DNA of 64,000 bases from Eledone cirrhosa (taxonomy: Eukaryota): positions 220,286,001-220,350,000 of the forward strand of contig OZ024741.1 in the NCBI GenBank assembly GCA_964016885.1, given 5' to 3'. The notes below the pieces were generated by a model that did no database searches, had not been told where the DNA came from, and worked only from the letters and a program-made list of their open reading frames with translations. Both the position numbers and the translations under genes were made by a program. Each line of letters opens with the position of its first letter. Within the stretch, counting starts at the first letter, position 1. Shown here piece by piece: positions 13,015 through 27,900 of the stretch.

Positions 13015-13340
13015 GAAAACGAAAAATCAATGATGCATCTGAACACAATTTAATGTGTGTTACAATTGTTTCGCCAGCGGACAACTCGAGACGTGATCAT
13101 TGTGTGGATCTGTATGATTCTGGACCCGCAGGTTCGACGGACACGTCTAATGATTTCGGAACATATTCTCTCACTCTCAGAATATGCTCCGAAATCATTA
13201 GACGTATCCGTCGAACCTGCGGTTCCAGAATCAGACAGATCCACACAATTATCACGTCTCGAGTTGTCCGCCGGTGAAACAATTATAACACACATTAAAT
13301 TGTGTTCAGATGCATCATTGATTTTTCGTTTTCTATTATA
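13007..13340. repeat. Near-perfect palindrome of about 330 bp (fold-back pLTR-like cassette), tail to about 13422
   Basis: Arms of about 160 bp around a short loop near 13172; right arm has GAAACAATTATA (HHR 3' half). Confidence 0.85.
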
Positions 13341-13424
13341 TCATAATCTGCTCTGTAAGAGCATAGAGTGCTCAACCGGCATACCGCTTATGGAAGCATC
13401 TTAGCTACCATCAGACACTCACAT

Positions 13425-13475
<51 letters not shown>

Positions 13476-13482
<7 letters not shown>

Positions 13483-13628
13483 CAGATTAAAGTTTAAGCA
13501 AAGAATAGCTGCTTTCACCCTTAACGGGATCTTCTGAAACTAAAAAAAATCAATCTGTGAACGCAGAAGTAAATATTTAAAAAAACGTTGCAACCGAAGG
13601 AAGACAGGAAGACGATACTTTGGTTCGA
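13476..13628 (-). mobile_element. pLTR-like family B with HHR-like CAGAAGA-TCCC GTTAA GGGT-GAAA; other copies 19710-19773, 29490-29790, 35043-35148, 54598-54850
   Basis: Shared AATAACAGATTAAAGTTTAAGCAAAGAATCGCTGCTTTCACCCTTAACGGGATCTTCTGAAAC, always next to (TA)n. Confidence 0.6.
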
Positions 13629-13629
13629 T

Positions 13630-14116
13630 ATATGAATTTATGTATTGTATAGTTGGCAATATACCACATGTTTCATTAAAAACATTTTGAAGATCTTCCG
13701 CTACCATTCTTATAGTAGTGACTATGTCACTTACTTCTTTTTTTCGGCAAAAGAAGGGAGAGAAGCTAACAGAGTCTGTTTCGCCTTTGCCGAAAATCAT
13801 AGAAGCTGGATTCTTATAGAAGTCCAGTAATAATCAGGAGTTGATTATACAGAACGATTGCCGATCCAGCAAAAATTAGATATTAGGATTGGTGCTCTGA
13901 AATAGCGATGTATACATAAATATATGTATTGTATATTTGGCAATATACCGTATGTTTAATTAAAAACATTTTGAAGACCTTGCGCTATCATTTTTAAAGT
14001 AGTGACTATGTCACTTACTTCTTTTTTCGGCAAAATGTTTTTAATTAAAGATACGGTATATTGCCAAATATGCTATACATACATTCATGCATACATCGCT
14101 ATTTCAGAGCACCAAT

Positions 14117-14120
<4 letters not shown>
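13630..14120 (-). mobile_element. pLTR family C: tandem partial repeat plus inverted end
   Basis: 13640-13750 repeated at 13925-14035; 13885-13970 inverted at 14033-14120. Relatives at 15480-15795 and 36150-36760. Confidence 0.7.
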
Positions 14121-14166
<46 letters not shown>

Positions 14167-14195
14167 ATATATGTAGATATATATATGTGTATATA

Positions 14196-14261
<66 letters not shown>

Positions 14262-14563
14262 CATGTATGGTATTATGTGTGTGTGTATTTGGGCGTTATT
14301 TTTGAGTACGTGTATGTGCTTGTGTGCGTGCGTGTACACATATATGAGCGAAAGAACGCATGCATATGTGGGTATTTATATTTCCATGTAGGCGCAGATA
14401 TACTTATGTGTGAATATATAAGTTTACGTATATGCGTGAGTTTGTGTATGTATTTGTATATTTACATATACGTTTTATTTATGTCCGTTATTTTATTTCA
14501 CCCTCACTATCATTTATCCTAAACTTTGTTTTCAAATCCATATCTCTCCTCCATTTTAATAAA

Positions 14564-14634
14564 TTCTTTCTGATGATTGAAGGCAGATGTAAATTTCAAG
14601 CTCGTCTGTCTTCAGGGAACCTTTGGTAAATGAA
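14564..14634 (+). ncRNA. Hammerhead ribozyme, A13G degenerate
   Basis: CTGATGA-TTGAAGGCAGATG..CGTCTGTCTTCAG-GGAA-CCTTTGG-TA-AATGAA; relative of 3891/4495. Confidence 0.6.
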
Positions 14635-14679
14635 TTAATTATCTTATGTTGTTTAATACATAACTATATATATATATAT

Positions 14680-15485
<806 letters not shown>

Positions 15486-15604
15486 TGTATGTTTAGTATA
15501 TTTGGCAATATACCGTATGTTTAATTAAAAACATTTAGAAGACCATACGTAATCAGTTTTAAAGTAGTGACTATGTCACTTATTTTCGGCGAAAGAAGGG
15601 AGAG

Positions 15605-15646
15605 AAGCCAACAGTCCGTTCACGCTAGTTAGCGTTCATCAGAGCC
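15605..15646 (-). ncRNA. Family C hammerhead, C3-G8 core, GAAA degenerate
   Basis: Minus: GGCT-CTGATGA-ACGCTA AC TAGCGT-GAAC-GGACTG-TT-GGCT. Confidence 0.6.
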
Positions 15647-15819
15647 ACGTATTTCCCTGGTATCGCCGAAAATTATAGAAGCTGAGTTCTTATAGAATAC
15701 CAGTAATAATCAGAGCGATTGCCGGTCCAGCAAAACTTAAGTATTAGGATGTATGTATTCATGTATACATCGCTATTTCAGAGCACCAATCCTAATATAT
15801 ATATATATATACTCTTACA

Positions 15820-16460
15820 TGTTCCAGCGATCCGTGTAGCTGAGGCCATACTGGGGCACCACTCTTGTTACTACGTGCTCTATCTCCAGCCTGTGTTGTC
15901 TGGCCATTGGTGTAAGAGGAAGCCTCATTGCTGCTGTCCTTAGGTTCCCTTCGTACCATGCTGTGGTCTCATCCGGGATTCTGGATAGGAGGGTGTCAAG
16001 ATGTTTCTTGAAAACATCCACGTCTACACCATGCAGATCTCTCAAATTTCTTGGCAGCTTGTTGAAGAATTGAGGGCTTTTAGACCCAGGCTATTGCAAT
16101 ATCTGCTCCTTATTCTAGTTATGCAAGACCTTTGGCTCCACACAGTGACGTCCTGTTCGGAGGTTGGTCCATCACCCAATGCCACCTCCATGATTTTCCA
16201 TATGTATATCACTGCGTATCTCTCCCGTCATCGTTTTAAGGAGTAGTTTCAGTTCTATTAGCAGCTCCCAGTAGCTTACATCCTTCATCGTAGCAATCCT
16301 TTTCGTGTAGCTTCAGTGGATTGCCTCAAACTCCGTGGTTAGATTGCTAAGTGGTGACCACAGTTGGGAGCAGTAGTCCAGTCGGCTTAGGACAAATCTC
16401 CTCCATTGTATCAACAATGTCTGTCGGTCTCTTGTCTCCCCTGCGCCACCCATATCTGAA
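15820..16460 (-). pseudogene. CR1/jockey-superfamily LINE ORF2 C-terminal fragment
   Basis: TRDRQTLLIQWRRFVLSRLDYCSQLWSP..SYWELLIELKL..VDVFKKHLDTLLSRIPDE, with stops and frameshifts. Confidence 0.8.
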
Positions 16461-16690
16461 CTTTTGACAAATCATTTAACACAACTGAGACAATTCCTAA
16501 AAATAACTTTGACTGGTGAAAAGAAAGACTGCCAACACTACTTCTACTACAACTACTATGACTACTTCTCTCTATATCTATATAAGGCTACAAGAATGAT
16601 GAACAAAACATTTCAACCCTCAATTTTGAATTTTAAATCTTTTATTCTTTTTAATTCTTTTTAATTCTTTTTAATTCTAATATCCAACCT

Positions 16691-16729
16691 TTGATAAGAT
16701 GGTTCACACTGATACATTGAAACCGGTTA
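16691..16729 (+). ncRNA. Minimal hammerhead, U3-A8 core
   Basis: TTGATAA-GATG..CATT-GAAA-CCGG-TT; stem I poorly preserved. Confidence 0.55.
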
Positions 16730-16915
16730 TATTTTATATACATTATAAAACTCCTTTTTTTTAAAGAATTGTTGCTCTCATTTTTTCAATAATATCACTT
16801 TGACGAATCAAAGAAGAAAAATAGAAGAACGGACGCTTAAATATATTTTCCGTGCTATTTCTAATTCTACCTTTTCTCTATAACCGCTGTTTTGTATAGA
16901 AATTAAATCCCTTTT

Positions 16916-17031
<116 letters not shown>

Positions 17032-17149
17032 TACTTTGGGAGGGTCATGTTGCCAATAAGAAACACACGCCCCAGTTGCTTTCACTTCAATTTATTATAA
17101 ATTAAATTTATAAATTTAGGAATTTAGGAATTTTATTTATAATAAATTG

Positions 17150-17250
17150 AAGTTAACTTTGCCTTTAATCCTTACGAGGTCGATAAAATAAAGTACCAGT
17201 AATGTACTGGGTATTTGCTGGCCTTGTGCCAATAGTAGAAACAATTATTT
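17150..17250 (+). mobile_element. SINE family 1, 3' half
   Basis: GTTAACTTTGCCTTT..GTAGAAACAATTATT. Confidence 0.8.
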
Positions 17251-17320
17251 TACGATTGTTTCTGGGACCCTACCATTAATTGGTGGATTTATCTGTGTAT
17301 ATTCGTATATGTATATATAT

Positions 17321-17561
17321 ATAGTGGTAGAACACTGGAAGGTAATATCCGTAGTGGTAGAGCACTCAGTGCATGGATCGAGTTAGGTAGAAGTGGTTAC
17401 ACAACAGTGAGGTCACCATACCGATAACAATTGTTTCACCTTAGCGGATCCTCAGCTGGTAATGAACATGGTTAATACCATGTCCATTACGAGCTGAGGA
17501 TCCGCTAAGATGAAATAATTGTTCTCGGTATGGTGAACTAACTGTTGTGTAACCACTTCTA
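17321..17561. mobile_element. Fold-back cassette with two divergent minimal HHRs (17421-17460 minus; 17490-17527 plus)
   Basis: CTGAGGA-TCCGCTAAGGT-GAAA-CAATTG-TT; palindrome 17388-17561; tail 17321-17387. Confidence 0.75.
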
Positions 17562-17816
17562 TCTGTATAAATATATATAATTTTTAATCGTAATTTTCAA
17601 TCATAATTTTCAATCATATTTTATTTGTTTGACCTGAATTACTTGGTCGTTTCTATGGGTGTGCGGATAATGGTTTAACCATCGTCTCGGTGTTTGGCGT
17701 TTTAACTTATGTTGTAGCTCTTTCACTAGCTTCTATGGAGCTCTTGCCACACATCTCGGAAAATGTTTTTTCGCTAATTTCCTATAGCCGAAATACGATT
17801 CTCGCTAATTTAAATT

Positions 17817-17874
<58 letters not shown>

Positions 17875-18065
17875 TATATATAGATATAAATATAGATATA
17901 GATATAAATAAATATACACGGGTGTGTATGATTGTGTACAGAAGATTATGTTAATAAAAGGAATTCCAACTTTGTCTGATTTACTCGTTTTATTTGCAAT
18001 CCTTTAAAATTATAATGGTATTAGAATGAAATAGTATGGTAGAATATTAAATGTTAAGTGTTAAT

Positions 18066-18104
18066 TGAACAAGTACTTTCATGCTTTCGCAATCCTCAGG
18101 TTCA
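18066..18104 (-). ncRNA. Minimal type I hammerhead, intact
   Basis: Minus: TGAAC-CTGAGGA-TTGC GAAA GCAT-GAAA-GTAC-TT-GTTCA; perfect stem I, GNRA-capped stem II. Confidence 0.8.
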
Positions 18105-18326
18105 TATTCTGTGGTGACAGTCAAGTTTGCAATTTTCAATATATATCTATATATCTATATATATATAATCAAAACTGCAAACTTGATATATATATATATT
18201 CTTATATATATATATATATATAGTAATAATAATAAATTTGAAGACTAAAATCCAAAGAGGGCTCGATAAGGATAAATATATATCAAATATATAAGAACCG
18301 TTCTGCAAATATCTGTTATTTTAATA

Positions 18327-18363
<37 letters not shown>

Positions 18364-18593
18364 AAATTAATAAAAACAATGAAATAAACAAAAAGAACAA
18401 GTTCTTTATATTAAAAAATTCACCATTTTACGATCGTTTCTGGGGTGTATATGTGTATTGGTATGTATATCATATAGATCTATGTAAACATATTACAAAT
18501 TATCACAGGAAATATACATACCCTCACATATACATGCCGTCCTCAGAAATTCATATATATATATATATATTCATATATGTATATACATATATA

Positions 18594-18726
<133 letters not shown>

Positions 18727-19266
18727 TGAATTGAGTATATATATATATGAACTACATATTGATTGACAATATGCAAGAGGCTGGATTAGAGAAATTGTCT
18801 AATAATGGTACTGTGTGCTCTTTGAAGCCAGCAGTTATTTGCCGTTTAACATGCAGAAGGGGATGTACAAAGTGAATATATACAAATCTAACGATGAATT
18901 GAAAGTAAATGAAGCAGTTTGATCAAACTAAAACTTTACGATAAAAGTCAAATGAAAGACATAAACTGCCAGTTAGTTTTCAACGTCGCCATATTTGATC
19001 CTTGGTTGTTTGTTCAGTAAAGCAAAACTGGTTAATATATGATATGATCTTATTTAAAAAAAGAGAAATATTTAATAGATGAAACATTAAAAGTGACATA
19101 TAATAAGAGACGGGCTTGGAACAGTGAGTTAGCTGGAATCATTAAGAAATTTCTCTGAGATAAACTTTGGTTCAATGGACAAAAAAAGCGGTGTGATTAT
19201 TCACGTCAGACAGGGACATATAAAATTCAGAATCGTGAAGATTCACGAAACTTACTTACTTACTTA

Positions 19267-19298
<32 letters not shown>

Positions 19299-19588
19299 TA
19301 TATATAAACACAGAAGCAAATACAGACACTCCACTCAGGCAATTACATATATATCCGCGAGGTCGCCTACACATGTGCATACAGATTGTCTTATGTCTAC
19401 GTATATTAGAATGTCCTTTCTGGTTATGATTGACCATGGTTTTCAACCTGGAGATTTCCTTTTTAATGTGCAATCCTGGAGTTTCTCCTGTGTATCATAA
19501 GGTCACTATTTAGCCTTGATATAATGAATATTAAAGTTCTATTTTAGTACTGAGTACTCTTTTCTCTGTGCTACCAATCACACACGTA

Positions 19589-19678
<90 letters not shown>

Positions 19679-19796
19679 ATATATATATATATATATATAT
19701 TAAAATAACAAATAACAGATTAAAGTTTAAGCAAAGAATCGCTGCTTTCACCCTTAACGGGATCTTCTGAAACTTATAATTTATTATTATTACTAA

Positions 19797-19955
19797 GGGT
19801 CAGAATGCTTTTCAGCATAGTTACGTCCCTTTACGATCTGAGTTCAAATCCCGCCGAGGTTAACTTTGCCTTTCATTCTTACGGGTCGATAAAATAAAGT
19901 ACCAGTAGTGCACTGGATAATTGCTGGCCTTGTGCCAAAAGTAGAAACAATTATT
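19797..19955 (+). mobile_element. SINE family 1 (5' truncated)
   Basis: B box and body match consensus. Confidence 0.85.
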
Positions 19956-20005
19956 ACTATATATATATATATGCTGGATCCGTCAACCCTTATTATATAT
20001 ATATG

Positions 20006-20044
<39 letters not shown>

Positions 20045-20084
20045 TTCACTAGTACTTTATTTTATCAACTTTATGCCTTGCTAG

Positions 20085-20405
20085 TTTGAGTGTTGGATTT
20101 GCTATCGTGGTGTCGTGAGTTCAATTCTCAGACCGGGTTTTGCGTTGTGTTCTTGAGCAAGACACTTTATTTCACGTTATTCCAGTTTACTCAGCTGTAG
20201 AAATGAGTTGCGATGTCACTGGTGCCAAGCTGTATCGGCCATTACCTTTCCATTAGACAACATCGGTGGCATGGAGAGGGGGGGGTATGTAGGGGTGACT
20301 GTTCATCTTCCACAAACAACCTTGCCTGGACTTGTGGTTCGAAAGAGAACCTTTTAGGTACAAACCCCATGGTCATTTGTGACCGAAAGGGGTCTTTACT
20401 CTTTA
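20085..20405 (+). mobile_element. tRNA-derived SINE family 2 (CORE-like); partial relatives 23680-23785, 44115-44205, 62140-62378
   Basis: B box GAGTTCAATTC followed by TTGTGTTCTTGAGCAAGACACTTTATTTCAC. Confidence 0.7.
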
Positions 20406-20572
20406 CACTTTAAATATGTACAGAAAAGTAGACCTTGGCAGGATTTGAACTCAGAACTTAAAGAGACGAACGAAATCTTGTCCGACGCTCAATCGTTTCT
20501 GCCAACGAATTGTCAGCCTTCTGAATTACCAACGAATACTTAAAGTACATCTTGAAATCTACGTATATAAAC

Positions 20573-20909
20573 GCATTAGGCGAATAACGCGCATTAGGAT
20601 TTTTTGAAGCGTAACTTAAAGATAATCCACCCGATTTCCTCGAAATTTGCATCACACATTAATTAGTCCCCTCTTATTGCTGTGGATGAAAAAGATTTCT
20701 GATTCCATTAATGGTTTCTAGGAAATTTACAAATTACCATTGGGCATTACATGCCATTTTCATTTTCAATATAAACGCTACATAAACATCGTAAGTAGCG
20801 TATAATATTTCGCTAAAAATTTGGTTTATATAACAGAGGACACAACACTTACTTACTTTTAAGCGGGACCATTTTCGGGACCCCGTGCAACGCTGGGCTC
20901 TGCTGCTAG
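20573..20909 (+). mobile_element. Non-autonomous Helitron, 5' truncated
   Basis: Ends CCCGTGCAACGCTGGG hairpin..CTAG|T; reverse complement of 21499-21836. Confidence 0.75.
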
Positions 20910-21196
20910 TATATATATATGAATAAAGTGGTCCTTCATCAGTGATCTTCCAATCATCATTGGTATTTCTTCGCTTTAAAGAACATATACCTCCGGTTGG
21001 TGCAAGCAACGGCTAAAGAAATTCGTTGGGACATGTAAATAAAGGGAACAGCAAGAGTGTAAAGAAACAAAGATGGTGAAGCAACGAAAAGTGAGGAAGA
21101 GCGAGTCAAGTCCAAAAATTTCCATGAATATAAGTTCGGTGAAATCGTGAACGAGAGAGAATAAGGGACCATCAAACCTGGTTGAAATGTGAGCAA

Positions 21197-21254
<58 letters not shown>

Positions 21255-21342
21255 AGGAGGTTATTACACATATATATATATTACACATATATATATATAT
21301 ATGAATTACCAACGAATACTTAAAGTACATCGTTAAATCTAC

Positions 21343-21408
<66 letters not shown>

Positions 21409-21445
21409 GTAGATTTAAAGATGTACTTTAAGTATTCGTTTGGTA

Positions 21446-21498
<53 letters not shown>

Positions 21499-21499
<1 letters not shown>

Positions 21500-21983
21500 T
21501 AGCAGCAGAGCCCAGCGTTGCACGAGGTCCCGAAAATGGTCCCGCTTAAAAGTAAGTAGGTGTTGTGTCCTCTGTTAAATAAACCAAATTGTTAGCGAAA
21601 TATTATACGCTACTTACGATGTTTAAGTAGCGTTTATATTGAAAATGAAAATGGCATGTAATGCCTACTGGTAATTCGTAAATTTCCTAGAAACCATTAA
21701 TGGAATCGGAAATCGTTTTCGTTCACAGCAATAAGAGGGGACTAACTAATGTGTGATGCAAATTTCGATGAAATCGGGTGGATTATCTTTAAGTTACGCT
21801 TCAAAAAACCCTAATGCGCCTTATTTGCCTAATGCCCTAGGGCAGAAAAAATTAAATATCTTTTAGCCCATTGCACTTCTAGAAATATAACTAACGCATG
21901 TGTAAAGTCTGAAAATAATCGGTCGGCTACTTCTCGAGTTTTAGAGATTTACACAGACAGACATCCTCTGTTTTATTTATAGA
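21499..21983 (-). mobile_element. Non-autonomous Helitron, full length
   Basis: Minus: A|TCTATAAATAAAA..TGTCTGTCTGT..subterminal hairpin..CTAG|T, inserted in (TA)n. Confidence 0.8.
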
Positions 21984-22405
21984 TATATATATATATATTG
22001 ATATATTAGGGTAAACATTGATGCAATTCAAATCAAGCACTCAACGTACTTTTTCCACATAGGAGTGACGGAGTAAATATCGAATAAGGAAAAGCGAAGT
22101 AGATTCAGATGTTCAAATCCTTTAATAATAATGCTGTGATATATATTTCGCTATATATTGATATAGATATATACAAATTAAAATTGCTAACGTAACTTTC
22201 TATCGTTCTCTCTCTTTTATCTCTGTTATTTTGATGGGTTTTTTTCTGACTCTATTTTCTCAAATACTTTTTACCTTGGCACGTATATCTCACACGCATT
22301 GTCGGGCTTCCAAATAAACAAACTTATTCCCTAGTTGTATCTCATATTCCACAATGCTTCAACCAAATTACAACACTTTATTATATATATACATATATAT
22401 ATGTC

Positions 22406-22436
<31 letters not shown>

Positions 22437-22437
<1 letters not shown>

Positions 22438-22589
22438 GACCACGTAAAACATGGGCGGAGGTGGTGAGAGCAGACCTCAGATCGCTGAAACTCACCGAGG
22501 AGATGACGAAGGACCGTGACAAGTGGAGAGATGCTGTGGTGAATAGGACACTCCAACTATTGCAAGCAGGGAAAAGCGGGCGTGAAATA

Positions 22590-22635
<46 letters not shown>
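22437..22635 (+). pseudogene. RTE-clade LINE 3' end with (GAT)n tail
   Basis: RPRKTWAEVVRADLRSLKLTEEMTKDRDKWRDAV. Confidence 0.8.
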
Positions 22636-22636
<1 letters not shown>

Positions 22637-22649
22637 ATATATATATATA

Positions 22650-23339
22650 TAGGAACGAGTAGGACCCCGACGGCTGAGCTCAAGCCGTTTCGACGGCTAA
22701 TTCTGGACTAAATGAACATTTTTATCCTGGTATATGAATAGCCGAGCTTCTCAGGGAGTAATTCCATATATGGTAAAAGTGATTGTCACAAGGATTGGTC
22801 AAAAGTTTGTTGTTGAGACACATAATTCTATCATGGCAATTATAGTAACCAGAAATTGTTTTTTTTACATTTAATTGTTTTTTAACATTCTCGCTATTTT
22901 TCTATATTGTTTCGACTCCCCCCCCCCCTCCCCCTCCCCCTCCCCTTCCCTAGTATACTTCTTTGACCTCCTGCCCAGCTCTAGTTGGCACTATCAACGA
23001 ACGACTGGGTTTCCTCCACCCCTCTACCTCTTTCTTCTACTGGCAGGTTCAGCTACCCCTTCCCTCGACAAATTGCCATGATAGAATTATGTGTCTCAAC
23101 AACAAACTTTTGACCAATCCTTGTGACAATCACTTTTACCATATATGGAATTACCCCCTGAGATGCTCGGCTATTCATATACCCGGATAACAATTTTCAT
23201 TTAGTCCAGAATTAGCCGTCGAAATGGCCTGAGCTCAGCCGTTGGGGTCCTACTCGTTCCTATTACCCACTCTACTACCCTAAGTATTGAGTACTCTGGT
23301 GCGTTATGGTGCACCTGGTTCCATACCACATTTCCTTCG

Positions 23340-23341
<2 letters not shown>
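22650..23341. mobile_element. Family A fold-back cassette with two degenerate HHRs
   Basis: Arms 22650-22840 (minus, no tail) and 23070-23341 (plus, tail); cores CTGAGAA and CTGAGAT. Confidence 0.75.
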
Positions 23342-23398
<57 letters not shown>

Positions 23399-23625
23399 CA
23401 TACATACATACATACATACATACATACATACATACATACATACATGGTGGTGGCTGCCAACTCGTTTTCGAGTACGGCCACTACTTTATATCCATGTAGG
23501 AGATCCCCTACCGATGCGCTAAACAAGTGTGACTTTTTAGTCCAGCCAGCGACTTGAAAACTCTGGTACAAACACTACACCTGTGACAATTATTGACACA
23601 TAGTGCTGGGCCCATGGTACCATGT

Positions 23626-23681
<56 letters not shown>

Positions 23682-23883
23682 TGGTTAGAGAATTGGATTC
23701 ACAATTTTCAAGTTGCGAGTTCGGTTCCTGGACCGTGCGATGCGTTATGTCCTTGAGCAAGACACTTTATTTCACGTTGCTCCTTCTACCTGGAGTTGCG
23801 ACCGATAGATAGTACTAGCAACTGGAAAGACCGACGAAAACATTGTTTCCTCGGTCCGATTTGACGAAAGTCGATTGATCCTT

Positions 23884-23937
<54 letters not shown>

Positions 23938-24029
23938 TAGCTTTGTAAATATTGATAAAATATTTTAGTTCCCATGGTTGAGTGGATTCTGTAATACCCG
24001 AACAGACATTGAGGAAATTAATCATAGAA

Positions 24030-24165
24030 TCTTCTTCTTCTTCTTCCCCCCTCCCGTTTCCTCCTCTCCCACCACATATACCTTGGAGGGTTGCAGGGAT
24101 GCTGTGTCCTCAAGCACGCCTTCCAGCATGTCCTATTAGAAGCAACCAAACCGCAAACAGTTAAT
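24030..24165 (-). pseudogene. RTE LINE 3' fragment with (GAA)n tail
   Basis: VASNRTCWKACLRT; same family as 40450 and 44365. Confidence 0.65.
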
Positions 24166-24548
24166 TCTCTTTTTGGTTTGTATATTTGACGGTGGTTTCA
24201 ACGATAGCAGTGAGCAATAGTAACAACATTAATAACAGCATAAAGATCAAACACTGTCTACATTGATGTCTTTACAATTTACAGTTTCAAGTATAACCAT
24301 CGAATGTTACGCAGCAGTTTGAATAAGAAAGACATTTGTTAAATATTTGACGTGCAGCAACAGATGGTGGGAATATGAACAAAATAAAAGCATTTAAGTG
24401 AGCGGAAGTGATATGAAATCTTTAGAATTCTAACAAAGAAATGAGAGAAATATTTGCATTACTCATGTCTGGATATAGAATACATTTAGTGAGTTATAGA
24501 AAAATATATTTAGGTGAATTTGAAGAATCGTTAAAGCATTTTATTTAA

Positions 24549-24769
24549 CCCTTTAGCATTTACATTACTCTATATACATTATTGTATTTTCATGGTAAAG
24601 GCTCTATCTTACACATTTATCTCACATAATATTCAATCTACGAGATTTTGATGTTATTTATATTGAGAACAATAACTTAACGTCAGTATGGGCGGCCAGT
24701 TACGGCCGGTTTGAACAGAAAGAGATGAGAGAGTTCTGGCTGGAAACAGCCGGTTTAAATGCGAAAGGG
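24549..24769. mobile_element. piggyBac-type MITE
   Basis: TTAA TSDs (24545-48, 24770-73); 14-bp TIRs CCCTTTAGCATTTA / TAAATGCGAAAGGG with 1 mismatch. Confidence 0.85.
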
Positions 24770-24948
24770 TTAAGATATCTGGCTATTTATTCCGGCTCAT
24801 TGTGTTCAGAGTTCAAATCCCGAAGCCACGAATTTTTCCTAACGCAATATTTGACAAGGGTAGCCCTTTGAATTTACAAGTACATGCAACTATTTTTGTC
24901 ATTTGTGTTGATTGGAGAAACGTGAAAAAAAAAGAGTCTTGTACAGAC

Positions 24949-27900
24949 ACCGTAACCATTAAACCACTGTCCTTCATCACTGTTGTATCTATCACCGTAA
25001 CTATTGAGCCAATGTCCTCCACTGATGTTTCTATTATAGCAACCATTAAACCATTGCCCTCTACAGTAACCATTAAACCACTGTCCTTCGCTACAGTAAC
25101 CATTAAACCACTGTCCTCTACAGTAACCATTAAACCACTGTCCTCTACAGTAACCATTAAACCACTGTCCTCTACAGTAACCATTAAACCACTGACCTTT
25201 ACAGTAACCATTAAACCACTGTATTCTACAGTAACCATTAAACCACTGTCCTCTACAGTAACCATTAAACCACTGTCCTCTACAGTAACCATTAAACCAC
25301 TGTCCTCTACAGTAACCATTAAACCACTGTCCTCCTCTACAGTAACCATTAAACCATTGCCCTCTACAGTAACCATTAAACCACTGTCCTCTACAGTAAC
25401 CATTAAACCACTGTCCTCTACAGTAACCATTAAACCACTGTCCTCTACAGTAACCATTAAACCACTGTCCTCTACAGTAACCATTAAACCACTGTCCTCT
25501 ACAGTAACCATTAAACCACTGTCCTCTACAGTAACCATTAAACCACTGCCGTCTACAGAAACCATTAAACCACTGTCCTCTACAGTAACCATTAAACCAC
25601 TGTCCTCTACAGTAACCAATAAACCACTGTCCTCTACAGTAACCATTAAACCACTGCCGTCTACAGTAACCATTAAACCACTGCCGTCTACAGTAACCAT
25701 TAAACCACTGCCGTCTACAGTAACCATTAAACCACTGCCGTCTACAGTAACCATTAAACCACTGTGCTCTACAGTAACCATTAAACCACTGTCCTCTACA
25801 GTAACCATTAAACCACTGTCCTCTACAGTAACCATTAAACCACTGTGCTCTACAGTAACCATTAAACCACTGTCCTCTACAGTAACCATTAAACCACCGT
25901 CCTCTACAGTAACCATTAAACCACTGCCGTCTACAGTAACCATTAAACCACTGTCCTCTACAGTAACCATTAAACCACTGTCCTCTACAGTAACCATTAA
26001 ACCACTGCCGTCTACAGAAACCATTAAACCACTGTCCTCTACAGTAACCATTAAACCACTGTCCTCTACAGAAACCATTAAACCACTGCCGTCTACAGTA
26101 ACCATTAAACCACTGTCCTCTACAGTAACCATTAAACCACTGCCGTCTACAGAAACCATTAAACCACTGTCCTCTACAGTAACCATTAAACCACTGTCCT
26201 CTACAGTAACCAATAAACCACTGTCCTCTACAGTAACCAATAAACCACTGTCCTCTACAGTAACCATTAAACCACTGCCGTCTACAGTAACCATTAAACC
26301 ACTGCCGTCTACAGTAACCATTAAACCACTGCCGTCTACAGTAACCATTAAACCACTGTCCTCTACAGTAACCATTAAACCACTGCCGTCTACAGTAACC
26401 ATTAAACCACTGTCCTCTACAGTAACCAATAAACCACTGTCCTCTACAGTAACCAATAAACCACTGTCCTCTACAGTAACCATTAAACCACTGCCGTCTA
26501 CAGTAACCATTAAACCACTGCCGTCTACAGTAACCATTAAACCACTGCCGTCTACAGTAACCATTAAACCACTGCCGTCTACAGTAACCATTAAACCACT
26601 GTGCTCTACAGTAACCATTAAACCACTGTCCTCTACAGTAACCATTAAACCACTGTCCTCTACAGTAACCATTAAACCACTGTGCTCTACAGTAACCATT
26701 AAACCACTGTCCTCTACAGTAACCATTAAACCACCGTCCTCTACAGTAACCATTAAACCACTGCCGTCTACAGTAACCATTAAACCACTGTCCTCTACAG
26801 TAACCATTAAACCACTGTCCTCTACAGTAACCATTAAACCACTGTCCTCTACAGTAAACATTAAACCACTGACCTTTACAGTAACCATTAAACCACTGTC
26901 CTCTACAGTAACCATTAAACCACTGTCCTCTACAGTAACCATTAAACCACTGACCTTTACAGTAACCATTAAACCACTGTATTCTACAGTAACCATTAAA
27001 CCACTGTCCTCTACAGTAACCATTAAACCACTGTCCTCTACAGTAACCATTAAACCACTGTCCTCTACAGTAACCATTAAACCACTGTCCTCTACAGTAA
27101 CCATTAAACCACTGTCCTCTACAGTAACCATTAAACCACTGTCCTCTACAGTAACCATTAAACCACTGTCCTCTACAGTAACCATTAAACCACTGTCCTC
27201 TACAGTAACCATTAAACCACTGTCCTCTACAGTAACCATTAAACCACTGTCCTCTACAGTAACCATTAAACCACTGTCCTCTACAGTAACCATTAAACCA
27301 CTGCCGTCTACAGAAACCATTAAACCACTGTCCTCTACAGTAACCATTAAACCACTGTCCTCTACAGTAACCATTAAACCACTGTCCTCTACAATAACCA
27401 TTTAACCACTGTCCTCTACAGTAACCATTAAACCACTGTCCTCTAGAGTAACCATTAAACCACTGCCGTCTTCAGTAACCATTAAACCATTGCCGTCTAC
27501 AGTAAACATTAAACCACTGCCGTCTACAGTAACCATTAAACCACTGTCCTCCGCTACAGTAACCATTAAACCACTGTCCTCTACAGTAACCATTAAACCA
27601 CTGCCGTCTATAGAAACCATTAAACCACTGCCGTCTACAGTAACGATTAAACCACTGTCCTCTACAGTAACCATTAAACCACTGTCCTCTACAGTAACCA
27701 TTAAACCACTGTCCTCTACAGTAACCTTTAAACCACTGCCGTCTACAGTAAACATTAAACCACTGCCGTCTACAGAAACCATTAAACCACTGTCCTCTAC
27801 AGTAACCATTAAACCACTGTCCTCTACAGTAACCATTAAACCACTGTCCTCTACAGTAACCATTAAACCACTGTCCTCTACGGTATCATTAAACCACTGT

